This document shows, in pieces, positions 1 through 13,300 of a DNA stretch of 64,000 nucleotides (within the stretch, counting starts at the first letter, position 1; the number at the start of each line of letters is the position of its first letter). The stretch is from NCBI GenBank assembly GCA_012295275.1, contig CM022677.1, forward strand, positions 7,316,001-7,380,000, in the 5' to 3' direction. The translations under genes and the position numbers were made by a program. The DNA is from Chrysomallon squamiferum. Taxonomy: Eukaryota > Animalia > Mollusca. Below the pieces are notes generated by a model. It was not told the origin of the DNA. It made no database searches and saw only the letters and a list, made by a program, of their open reading frames with translations.

Positions 1-375
1 TCGCCATGTTAATTAAGTATGCAGCATAGATTAGTATTCCAAAATTTTATTTTCAAAATATGATAATATAAAGCTACCATTACAAAGCACTTCTACAATT
101 TGTTATCTTTCGTTTTATCAATCTTACTGATGGAGGTATTTTTCTCTTTGACTTGCATTCGATGTGTATTTGTATATTAGAAATGAATCCGTATGTACTG
201 TACATATATATATATATATGTATGTATATAATGTATATAATGTATATATATATGTACATACATACATGTATGTATGTATATATGTATGTATATGTATTCT
301 CATATGTACCGATCTATATATAAGATGTGCATTTAGAGTACTATTACATTCAACTTATTTGTTTGTGTGTGTGTG

Positions 376-415
<40 letters not shown>

Positions 416-556
416 TATACGCTGAATGTAGTTGTACTCTAGATACACATCCTATATACCATACTAAAATGTACAGTAGGCTGTATATATCTAAGTACAC
501 ACTGTTAGACTATATCTGTAGCCAATATGTTTATATATCTGTACACTTGAGAATTG

Positions 557-571
<15 letters not shown>

Positions 572-646
<75 letters not shown>
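572..646. repeat. (AG)n microsatellite, representative of many (AG)n, (AC)n, (AT)n, (AAT)n and (AGT)n tracts in the window
   Basis: Directly visible. Other tracts include 19560-19775, 29286-29345, 36575-36850, 42655-43010, 46496-46566, 55768-55877 and 58890-58984. Confidence 0.98.
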
Positions 647-649
<3 letters not shown>

Positions 650-1160
650 AGTTTTACTGTATACTACATATATATCGAGTATGTATTGGATACTATATAA
701 TTATATATATATATATATATATATATACATACATATATCTTTACAAACATCAAGTATCTGTGAACAAACAAACAAACAAACCTACAAATAAATAAATAAA
801 TAAATAAAAAGAAGAAGATCTAATATATGCTACATACTTAATTGAGACATAAATATGTACTCAACACTAGATACATATCGATTGTGTACTTTATACGTAT
901 AAATCGAATATGTTCTCTAGATTTACATAGGCTGTAGATGTACACTAAATATATATAACGAGTATACAAACTATATGTGGAGTACATAAAATATCTGGTA
1001 TATGCTGGTGTGGTGGATGTACATCAAGTAAATAATGTACGTTAGGTATTTACTGGTACACACGATATGAATCCAGAAGCGTTAGTTTGTATGGACACAT
1101 AAGGTATGAATTTTTGTAATATAAAACATACAGTACGTGCATAGGTAATTGCATACTCAC

Positions 1161-1523
1161 CTTCATTTTCCTGCTTATATGTTGTTTGCGATACCTGATG
1201 AAGGTATCCCTTTTGTTGACTGTTGTATCAGAACAGCTTCCTCTACAACCATCAACAAAAAACACAAGTGTGATTCCAAGTGACTTTAGATCAGTGATAA
1301 ATTTACTGATGTAAGCCTCTATAGATGCATACTCTGCTCCACAGATTTGCAAATATGGATTCCGGTTAAAACTTTTCCAAAAAACTTCTAGCAGATAATA
1401 TCTGAATGAATTGAGATCAACAAGAATTTCAATTCCTTCCCGCTGCCTTGCTACCTCGACAAGGTCAAGTTTTTCCGTACAATTATTTCTGAAGCAGTAG
1501 TTGATCAGACCTTTGATTCCCAT
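1161..1523 (-). CDS. Asteroid/FAM120-like XPG/FEN1-type PIN nuclease, copy 1, coding exon 1 (gene continues left of the window)
   Basis: The translation has an MGIKGL start and ILVD and LVFFVDG motifs typical of the FEN1/XPG N region. There is an acceptor TTTGCAG just upstream of the ATG (exon starts 1539) and a donor AAG|GTGAGT at 1161/1160, giving 363 coding nt (121 codons). Positions 1-200 match the 3' end of intron 1 of copy 2 (47500-47700), so exon 2 lies just outside the window. Confidence 0.85.
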
Positions 1524-2791
1524 GTCTATTTTTGTTTTCCTGCAAATTTCAAAACGAATATCGTTTTAGAAAATTATGTAAACATTATTTTAAAATTAAC
1601 ACCGTCTATACTTATTATATATATATTTTTTCTTATTTTCTTTTATTATTATTATTATTATTATTATTTATTTATCTTTTTTGTGGAGGGTTACATTGAA
1701 AGGACACAAGAAATTTGCTTTAACAAAAAATAAAAATGTGTTTGTCATTACTACTACCACTATTATTATTATTATTATTAGTAGTAGTTGTAGTAGTAGT
1801 AGTAGTAGTAGTAGTATCCAGTTAATCCGTACAAAAGATGAATTGTCCTTGACATGGTAGGCAAGGGGGAATTGTCACGGGGGAAATGACCAAGGCGGAA
1901 GTCCCCAGGGGGTTAGTGACCATGGGAATTGACTGGGTGGAAATCTATCAATCTATCTAATCTATCTATAAATATTCAGTTTCATTTTTACTGATAACAG
2001 AATCAACGACTGTATTACGTGTATGAGTCACTCCTCGTTTCTTCTTCTCCTTCTTCTTCTTCTTCTTTTTTATTATTATTATTAGTAGTAGTAGTAGTAG
2101 TAGTATATTACGCTAGTTAGTAGGACTAGTAGCAGCAATATTAGTATATTTCTATATATATATATATATACACACACACACAAACACACACATATACACA
2201 TAGAGTAAAAAAAAATATAACGGAGATTAATGATGAACGTTAATAATTTAATATATTTTCAAGATCTAACCAAACACTTTACATTTTTTTTTTTAAAGGA
2301 GAAAACTTTCCAAGTATAAATTTGTGGAAATACACCATAATAAACTTCATTTTCCAACTTAATACAAGTTTTGTTTCGTTTCGAAAAATTAATTTTATTC
2401 TATGATTTATTATTCTTTACATTTGTGTTACGTACAACTGGCGCACCAAAATTGTTTTATAGTTTAGAGCCACTAAAGATCTTAATCCGACCATGGCGGT
2501 AGTTGTACGCCTAGTCAAACACAGTAACAGGACAGATGTTCACCACGTTTCTCACTGCTCTTTATTACTGATTATTTGTTAGTCATAAATACAGCTGGCC
2601 CCTTCTCTGATCTCAGCTAATAGTGGTGATAGCAGCACACCAAACTCACAATAACTTGAGAATTAACGAACTAAACTTAAATAATGTTTAATTAATAATC
2701 AATTAAAGTTTAACCAGCTTCTCGCATGACGTAAGATCGTACTCCGCTCTCGCGCCAGCGCACCTTGGTGACAGAGATTTGCTCCACCCAA

Positions 2792-2900
2792 TGCACTACC
2801 CACTGCACTACCCGCTGCACTACCCGCTGCACTACCCGCTGCACTACCCGCTGCACTACCCACTGCACTACACACTGCACTACACACTGCACTACCCGCT
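2792..2900. repeat. 12-bp minisatellite (CTGCACTACCCG) x ~9
   Basis: Directly visible tandem repeat in a locally CpG-rich segment. Confidence 0.95.
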
Positions 2901-4501
2901 GAGTTTTTCTACATTTTTAAACACTGCTTTAGGAGAGGCAGACGAGGAAATAGAAATGATATTTATTGTTATTATTGATTTGATCTCAATTATGACAAGT
3001 ATAATGTTTTGTTAACGAAACCGAAACTTGCCTTTAATTTACTTCCTCGTTGTAACTGCATGTAATAATTAATTAGTTTACAGTAAATTAATAAAGTTTA
3101 AATAATTAAAAATAAAAAGTGTTTAAAACACGAATGTTAAATGTTACTTGGGTAAAACTGGTTTTCCTTCCGCAGCGTGACACTCATATCACTGTTCTCT
3201 AATCGCTCATACGCCATTCATGATTATTAATTTACCTTTACTTCAGTCTTTGTAGGCATTTTGTCACAGTGACGTATCCGATTACTATCGACTGTTTGTA
3301 CATATCATACACCGGTACAGCTTGCATAATACGCAATATTTTAATAAATATTTAATGGACATATTGCCGACACAGGTATATAATAATTTAGCAAAACGTA
3401 TATTATATTAACAATGAAAGAAAAATAGTATATAACTGGAACTGCAAAAAAATGGCTTAAAGGTGACATCAGAATATTATGTTTATTTAAATAGTGTCGT
3501 AATATTACAGCTTATGTAAATAAATACTTATATAGTAATAATGATAATTATATTAATAATTATATGATAAAAACTATATTTTCACAAGAAATTAGAATGC
3601 TCAACGTAAGGCTCCCAAATAGTGCAATATTTTGAAAATGATAATTAAAGAATTTACAGAAGTGAAATTCTATTCGTTACTTAAAATGAACAATAATTAA
3701 TTTTATTTTAGAAATATTTCTGAAGTTTTGAATACAAATATCATACAAATAGCATCTTCATGTTGAAAAACCTTGGTCGCTTTGTATTCATACATAATCA
3801 TTTAAGTTTAACCGAAGGGAGGTGCCCCCTAGCATGTAGCATTGGAATAACATGATAATGATGATGATGATAATGATGATAATAATAATAAAAATAGTTT
3901 TACCATTTAATTTTATATATAAATCATTTTCATACCTCTATCTGACACAAAAGCCAAATTGTTTTGTGAGCTGGGATTTTGCTCTTATTTTTTGATAGAT
4001 GCAGACGTAAATACTCAAAATATCAATGGAAATACATCACATTTGGTTCTTAAAAAAACCTTCCTTAAAATTGCTGGTAAGTTATTTAGTTAAGAAAAAT
4101 ATTCATTTGATAAAAGTTTTATGTTGAAGTATATTATGCATCATTTCAAATTTTGTGTCTGTTTTCCAAACCCATCAAATTTCAGTTAATGACCAAGTCA
4201 ACAGAATAGTTTTAAAATATTTGCGTTGTGATGTCATCATGTAGAGATGGATCTTCTTGTTAAAGTTTCTACTAATGTCATAAAACCACAGTATCAATGT
4301 AAGTTATACATGTCTTGCAATATTATTAGTTATTTTTACTATCGCAAAATTTATGAATGATGATAATAAAAATAATTACTTGGAAGTATAAAGACTTTTA
4401 ATAGAACATATATTTGCCTAAAATACACATTAAAAGAGTAACATCATTAAAACAATAATAAATTTATATATTATTGTCTGATTTTGTTTTGTTCATTTCA
4501 G

Positions 4502-7316
4502 GAAACTTTTATCCAGGATGGGAATGAGAAGATGATACATCTATTGATATTCTTTACATGCTGGCTGATCAAGGAGCAAATCTCAAAATAAAAAACAAAG
4601 ATGGCAAGACACCCACAGACCTGATACAAAACAAAGAATTATCAAGGGTACCGATGAGGTAAATGCTAGGATTTCTTTATAAGCAGAATTATGAATTTCT
4701 CTTTTCCAAGTTATTTTTTTTAACACAGGAAGTAATGCAGTTTGCAAAATTCTGTATTAACACTTTAGCTAGTCACATGAAATTCAGTCACTTCCTCCTT
4801 TAGACTGCTCCAAGCTGAAAATTAAAAAAATTATCTTAGTTATAAGAGTTAAAACTGTTCATGTTCAGATACAGAATTGTTAAAAATTTATAACTAAGTA
4901 ATATTTCTTATCAAAATTGACTTCTACTTTCAGAACTGCTCAAAATGTTAAAACTAAATAAAAAAAAGCCACAGATTCACCCTCTTATTGGCAGTCCATA
5001 CAACAAGGTGTCAAGGTCCAGAAATCTCGCCGAGTTATAAACACTGCTTGACATCTGAAGAATTTCAGAACGTTTCTAATGATTTCAAGAGGACGCTCTC
5101 TAACAAATCTGTCATAGCAATACACAGAATTCAGAATCTTGACAGATGGGAACCTTTTTCCTTTGTATGTGTTCAATATTCTCAGCCTAATTTTCTTACA
5201 TTTTATATAAGTGTTTGAATGTGACATATTTTAAGATTTGAGAAAAATAAAAAGATAATTAATGATTTAGCTTTTGATAAAAGAAAAATCTGTGACTTCA
5301 GATCAGTGATGTTTTCCTAAAGCTGACATCAGATTTTATTGTAAATTATTATGTCATTTGCCTTCATGAGCAGACGTCCAAAGTCTTAATATTATAATTT
5401 ACTCCTATTAGACTGCATCCACCTTATCACATTACATCATTCATTTAAATGGGGAAATAAGAAAACCACATGTTCAAAGATATGTGGTCTGACATCATCG
5501 TTGAATCAAAGACTGCAGTTTAAAAAAAATATTAAAACTTATAAAATAATTCATCTGTCAAAAGATTAAAGAGAGAAATTACCTTTAATTATATAATATT
5601 AAAAAATACAAAAGTAAAGTATGAGGAATTTACCAGAAACAGTAAAATGAATTTTGAAATTCCATACTATACTTCCAGGATTTCCATATGAACCATGTTA
5701 TACTGATGTCCAAAGACATATATTTACAACTGATAAAATGGGTCAAACTTAGAACGAAATTATGGGGCGAATGAGCAACAACTGTTCCATGGTACCAAGA
5801 TCGCATTGTAAATCAAGGTACTGACTTTACAGTGGTAAAGCAAGCAATGTATGGTGATGGTGCCAACTTTGCTTCAGAATCCAAAACATCTGATGGCTAC
5901 ACTGAACCAAATGAAGAAGGAAACAGGTAACACACATTTTTGAAGTTTGATTAGAATAAACATGTCCAAAATTTAATTGAAAATAAATACAATTCAGTGT
6001 GTCTATGTGTGTAAATGTTTTGATAATCATATTACACATACAAAAATGGTTTTCAAAAGTTAATTTTAACATTTTAAAATTAACCTATTTAGAATGTTCA
6101 TTTATTTGCAAATAATTAATAATTGCATAGTATTTTAACCTCAATCTTTTATAAAATTGAACTGATAAAAGAAGCTACATCAAAACAAAAAGAAAAAATA
6201 TTATTTTTCATTTTATAGAAGCAAAAATGTCTATCTTTGAATATAAACATATCAATTTTATATAAAAAAAGAAAAAAGAAAAGAAAACAGTAGTCACAAA
6301 ACAGGCTGAAATGTTCATAGGCTAAAGTCATGCCCTTGTGGAATATGACCACATACAGTCTATTTTTCAGTGTAGTCCCTATTGCAGTCAATACACTTCT
6401 TCCAGTGATGCTGCAGTATTTGGGTCCCCTTGGCATAGAAGTACTCAACAGATATACTTCATCTGATATAACTGCTTCAGTATAGTTGTTGTTGGATTGT
6501 TTTCCAAATTTGAAAACATGATAATAAGATGGTGATAAAGCAGTAGAGAATGGAAGGTTGTCAATCAGTTCAAGGCCACATTGTAACCACAGATTTGCGT
6601 GCTGATAAAATAAGACCCCTTCATGAGTTTTCCTTGAATTTGATCTTGATAGAGTTGTGCAACTATGTCAGCATGAATATCTTCTGCAATATATTACTTG
6701 TTAATATATCAAATTTTGTCAGTTTTCTCTAAAAGTTGCTACTGAACTCCAGTACCTATCATATAATTGAGTTTATATGGAAATAAAAAGAATGGAGTAT
6801 GTCAGCAATTACAAGACTTAAAATTAACAAAGATTTGTTGTTTGTTACTTCTTCACATTTTTACTTTTCAACTTACAAAAGTTCCTCAATATCAGATTAT
6901 GATATCTGCTCTTAATAATTTGTCTTTTCTATTTCAATAAGGCAGTCAAAATCATGTTAAAACATGTATTTTTACTATATTTTTTAATCACTATTAATAT
7001 ATATTAATTCAATATAGAATTACATGTTTGAGCAATGCATATGTGTTCCTTTTTTCTTTTCTTTTTTTTTGTGCTTGAAGAGACATTAGTGTAATTAAGT
7101 TAAAGAAAATTTAATGAATATGATTATATTTTTCTAGGTTTATGTTCAGGGTGAGAGTACTTGTTGATAAATATACAAAAGATGAACAAGGAATGAAAAA
7201 ATCACCACCTGTTGACCAGTCTGTGCCAGATGAGCTCTATGACAGAGACCAACTAAGATGTTTGTAATTTTGACAATGCCCAGTGCTATGCAGAATACTT
7301 AATAAAATATCGTTAA
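4502..7316 (+). pseudogene. Ankyrin-repeat plus PARP catalytic domain gene (PARP12/14/TIPARP-like mono-ADP-ribosyltransferase), pseudogene
   Basis: Exon 4502-4658 encodes an ankyrin repeat (ILYMLADQGANLKIKNKDGKTPTDL) with an in-frame TGA. Exon 4934-5164 reads PSYW...SEEFQNVSNDFKRT...IHRIQNLDRW. Exon ~5720-5926 reads NEQQLFHGT...MYGDGANFA...SDGY. Exon 7138-7316 reads MFRVRVLV...PP...LYD...MFVIFDNAQCYAEYLIKY*. It carries several stops and frameshifts. Confidence 0.85.
6300..6720 (-). mobile_element. Decayed mariner (Mos1/SETMAR-like) transposase C-terminal fragment in the PARP intron
   Basis: The minus strand reads GKLMKG..., CGLELIDNLPFSTALSPSYYHVF (a degenerate HPPYSPDLAPSDY motif) and FYAKGTQILQHHWKKCIDCNRDYTEK*, the typical mariner C-terminus. 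Confidence 0.75.
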
Positions 7317-10300
7317 ACTGTTAATCAAAATTATAGCTAGACACAACATATTTGCTTGAACTCTTGTTTATAATATACTTGTGATGAAAATAGTCTAAAT
7401 ATTACATGTTGTTAACATACATTCTATTAGTAAAATATATTTTCTAAAACCAAAAGTATTACAAAACCAATATCCAGTATGATATTTAAAGTTAACAGTG
7501 ATAAAAATTAATTTTATTAAGACAATATATAACTGTGGTGCAGTAGTAATCATTTATATTTTAAATCTGTAGTTTTAAACAGGAACAACAGAAACTTTCA
7601 AACAATTATTAAAGTTTTTGAGTTAAAGTAATATTTCAAAAATTATATTTTCTAAAACTAATTACAGTTCAGGATTATTTGTATGACCAAATTTCTGACA
7701 TGCACTTTGTAGAAAGACAGAACATTTTATTTTTTAGTTAGAACATCACATCAATCCAACTGTTTGTAGTATTCGTAGTTTTCTCTTTGAGCATGTAATA
7801 TCAAAATTGGAAATATTTATTCATAGAAATATTTTATATGAAAAACTATATATAATTTGAACGTATTAATAGATAATATGACTGCATGATTCAAATGTAT
7901 CATAAGATAATAGCTGATAACACAGCTGAAAATACGTGATTGACAGATATTTTCTTGTCCAGTTTTAGCATTAGTTAACATAAACTTTTATTCAGTCAAT
8001 TAACACAAACATATTTGAAGGTGATAGATAAACAATGATACTGTAGGAAATAGATGATGTTCCAGACATCTCCACGTCAACATAACATGTTTCTACATTT
8101 GTTTATAGGAATGACTTCATAATGAGTTGTTGCTTTTAATAGTGTTTTTCTGTGTGATCTTATTTAAAGCACTTTAACAGCTTCAGTGTAAGTGGATCTT
8201 TATTTTGTTTTTAATAGATTTGAGTATAGTTTTACTCCAAGCACTAGACTTGAATCTTATTTACTTTGTTTCCTTTTCATAAGAATTTTATCTGTATTTT
8301 ATATTCTTTACTTTTTTTATAGGAATTTTATATAATCTTAATAATTTGTACTGATATTATTATTTATGGCTAAACAATATTGCTGATCATATACTCTGAC
8401 ATTTGTAACATTTTTAGTAATTGTGAATTATAATAAACAATTAATCAAATAAAAATCAAAGTTATGGCATTCATTGCAGTGGTTTTGTTGTTATTTCATT
8501 ATTATTATTTTTAATTATTATATTTTATTTATTTAACTTTTTGCTATTATTATTTATTTATTTATTTATTTATTTGACCTACTGAAAAATTAAAACTGCC
8601 AACAATTATAATGAATCCTGTAAAATAAAAACAGTTTAGAATATTATATTATTGTTTTGACTTTGAAGTTTTATTTTATGAAAAAACTAAAGGTAATTGA
8701 AAGCTACAGTTGTTTCAGTGTTTTGTTAAGAAAACAAACAAACAGAAAGTACATCAATAATTAACAAAATGAATTTACACACTGTACACGATGTGTTGGT
8801 TCCTATTTAAGGCTACAGTTTTGGGTGTAGCTAATAATGTCAGGATCTTACAGATGGTTACTGATAGTAAAAGTAAATAGATTACTGAAAAAAATGCATT
8901 TTGTATTTTTATCTCTGTTAAGGAACGCAGTGTACTTACAAGTATTTTTAAGTGAATCGTAGGATGTATTTCAGGTACTAATGACAGCTTGTGAATAGAA
9001 TGTATTTTAAGAACTTTCCAAATAAACACACAATTACACGGTTTTATGTGATAATTAAAGAGTGTATCTGACACTTTTAAATCTTATTATTTTATTTTAT
9101 TGCATCTATTTTATTAAATTTAAATCTTATTTTACATTATTTATTATTGTATTTTCATGCACCTGTTCTGTTGTTTTTAAATGTTATTTTACATTATTTA
9201 TTGTTCTATTTTCGTGCATCTGTTCTGTTTAATTTAAAAGCTATCCGTTTCTATATAGATGATTTCTGCATCAAAAAAAGTAACAGTATGACAGAAAATA
9301 AAAAAGAGATATTGCGAATCATCACCTTTTAAGGTGAAAAACTCCATTTGAGTTTCCAGGATATTCAGGTAATTAAATACCTGTTATAAATATAATATAG
9401 CGCAGTGAGTAATTTTGAAGATTAATATTAAATGAAGAAGAAAAAAAAAAATTATAATAAAGAAAATTGTCACAACTTAACTATTATTACTATATTTTAA
9501 ACTGTATCTTAACTGATCAACTAAACCAGTAACAATAATACAGAATATTTCCATGGTTTAAGTCAGTTTCAACCCTCTTTAATATTGTCATGTTAATTTT
9601 GTTTTTATTTCTCTCTTTTATTTTCTTATTAGTTTTGTTTATTGTAGTTTCTACACTTATACTGTGAGGTTGCTATGACAAAATCATACCACATTTTGGA
9701 GTGGGAGTTGTTTGTTGTGCATTTGTTTCTGAGTTAATTGGTCATATCTGGTTATTCTAACCTGCAAATATTTTTTGTTTTTACAGCCTGCCTGTATTTG
9801 TAACAAAAGATGTACATGGAAGATTTATTTTAATCTGTAGGTAATTCATGTACATAGGCTAAAAGAAAATTAATTAAGGCTGAAAACAATTTTGTAACGA
9901 AATCCAAATTACTTCTTTTTATCATCAGACAAAGATATCATGATGTGGCTGAAGTAGTCTTAAAAACTGTTTTTCTTTCTGTAATTACCTGTATAAATAC
10001 GATGTCTTCACTGAGTAATGATTGGTTTGTTAGTCAATTATTTAATTTCATGCTCTGAAATAGACAGAGCCAAGCTAAAATGAGGCAATGGTTTTATGAA
10101 TATATCTTTCCCCAGAAGCCAGTAGGTTGTCATAACTCCCTTACCCTGAAAAACCAAGTGAAGTTACATCTAGATTAAAACAAACCTTTTCTGTTTAAAC
10201 TGCTACAAATTATAGTACTTTCTTTTTTTATTAAAAAAAAATACTGCTTTGCAAATGATGTTTTTAATTATTTTATTTTTTCAATTCATTGCTAAACACA

Positions 10301-13300
10301 TTTTACAGACCCAAAAAATTGATCCAAGATGTTTTTAGTATTTTCACTCATCAGTATTCGTAAAGCTAAAATATATAAACAGAATAAACACTTTTAATTT
10401 GTAAATTCAAACAAAGCAATACTGTATAAGTTATTATTTATTAATTATATTTGGTTTAATATTAAACAATTTGATTATGTTATTGACATGAATATAAAAG
10501 TATTATTAAGCCATGCCTTCTTATTGAGATTTCATTAGTTTGCATACCTATATATAAATATATTTATATATTCAGTACACTTTCTTATCAGTTCCAGAGA
10601 CTAAGTAAGGATTGTTTATTTTCATTTGATGATGTATTATTCTGATATTTAACCTCAGGCAAACAAGAACAGAATGATATTTTCAGTAATTGTTAGATAA
10701 TACTAAAAACAAACCCAGTGAACTACTCTCCATTTGAGATGCTGTGTTGACAGTGTCTGCAAACAAACAATATCTAGGCATTTTAAGTCCAATAACACCA
10801 GCCACAATAGTTCCTGAAACAGTCAAAATGTTTTAGCGGATTACTAACTTAATAATTTATGAAAAGCATTTCAACTGATTTTAACATTTGCCCGATGATA
10901 TAGTACTCAGAACTGAATTTGAATAAATACTGATCAGTTTTTAAGTCTTAGTGTGTTTCAAAAATATTAAAAGTATTCTAAACAACTGTATTAATTTATA
11001 ATTTAATAATACTTGACTATTTACTAATATACTGACAATGCTTGACTGTTTTACATACCAGAATGTATTCCAACTTGGAGCTGAAGCATTCTGTCTGGCA
11101 TGTGTTTAATTTTAAAACCACTGACTGATGACAGCAGGTCCAGAGACATGGTAGCTATTTCTCCAGCATGTTTTGTCTCACTACGTATTGGCAAACCACT
11201 GACAACCATGTCTAGCAAAAAACAAAACAAAACAAAAACAATTTCCAAGACAGATATTCATGCTCTTGACAAGCAGCCACAGAAATGTATCTTCTGTAAT
11301 GATACTGTGTTAAACTGAAAATAAATCTATTAATTCTAGGGTGATTTAAATTGAAAATAATTAGAAACAGCTGAATTTTATATCAATATTTGTAAATTTG
11401 ACATTTATACGTATATATATATACATACATAAATAATTTTTTGCACTGTAATCTGTGGGATTCTTTTTATGTTAGCAATATAATTTTATGTTTAATAAAA
11501 AGAAACCACCAAATTACCAGGTAAAATGTTTGCCAGAGCCAACCTTAAATCAGATTTTCTGAATGTAACAAAAGTAGTGTTTTCATGTTGGCTATCAAGA
11601 GCATGGCTACTTTTCTTCAAAAGTGGAATAATTTATAGATGGGTGACAACATTTTATTTATAAACCCAATTACAGAACACAAACTATCATAACAACTTTT
11701 GATAATAACTTAGTCAGAAAAATACAACATATAATTTTGCATACAATTTCAAATACGTAAATAGAATACATGTGACTATATGATAACAAAATTAAATTTA
11801 AAAAATAAAATAAAAATCTCAACAGCTAGATGTTTGTTATCATTTTATTTACTGGAAAAAAAATAGATATTTAATTCACTTACAACCATAATGTACTGTT
11901 TGGGTCTTACACGCATCCCTATATTCATTTGAGAGATGTTTATGATGGCCATTTTATTAGTTCAGTTAAAAGTGATGTGGCATATAGAATTTTGAATAAT
12001 TCACTCACATGCATCACCAACTGTTTCTACTTTATATACATCATAACCATCAAGAATTCCATCAAATGTAGTGTACAGATCATTGAGTAATTCTACAATT
12101 TGTAGAGGAGTACTCTCTGTGGCAATTTTTGTAAAACCTACAATGTCACTGCAACATAAACAAAAATAACAGATGTGTAGAAAATCATTTGTATTTATTT
12201 CTGTTTTAAATTAAAGTATCAAAGTTATATTTCATATAAGAATGATGAATTATGATTATTTTGTTTGGAAAAATAAATTTCATAAAATTTCTGCATAAAT
12301 CCCAGTTTAAATAAATAAAATCCTTAAATATCACTGAAAAGATAGTTCTAGATATTGATATTTTTAAACTTCTCAGTTAACATTTAGAAAGAAACATTTT
12401 TATAAACTGAAGACCTGAAGAAGATGGTAATGCCGTGAAAGCTTTGAGGATCAACACTGTGCCCATATTTTAAATCTTCTTCAACTTGTTTTGGTAACAT
12501 CTGACGAATAAGCATTTCAGTTTTTTGTTTCTCAGCAATCAGATCCTTTGTTCTCTCAGCAACAATGCCCTCAAGATCTGTGGAACACTTCTGAAGCTTT
12601 AAGAAACATATCAAGCTAGTGTACATTAGATTCAGTGCAAAGAAAGTAACCACAATTTTGCATAATAATCATATAATTTACAAATATACATAAATTATTT
12701 AAAAAAACAACAAAACAAGGACAAATTTCAAGAAGTAATCAATAGTACTGATTTTTAGTTTAATAATTAATCTTAGCTTTTATTACTCCTCTGTAAGAAA
12801 ATGAACTGGCTTTAAAAATACATCATGATCCACAACACAAATTGTTATGTATGTGACCCCTATACAAAACATGTAACATCCTTATAATTTTTGTTAAAAT
12901 ATGGAGGCTGTAAACTTTATTCAAAATATAGATTCTATAGTAATAATCTGCTTTTGAAACACCAGTAAATGAACACACCATGTTTACAAGATTATCAGTG
13001 AGATCTCCTTTCATTGGGTAGATGCGATTTAGATTGCTCAGTAAGGTCTTGAAAGTTGGTCGTTCATGTGGCTGTTCATTCCACGTTTCTGACTAGAGAG
13101 ATAAAACATTATTTCAAAGTTTACTTATACTGTAGTCTTAATAACACACATAACAACAAATGCTCCTGTGAATGAAGCAATAAAATAGCAATTTTTAATA
13201 TCACACACACACACACACAAAACTGTATTATAAATTTTATTTTATTATTTTATCACTGTCACCTATTGTGGATTACTGAATTGTATATATCTTGCCTTTT

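Noticed and set aside
2699-3015. ORFs with AAGS, VVQR and LHYP repeats
   Set aside because: They are reading frames of the 12-bp minisatellite, with no splice or domain support.
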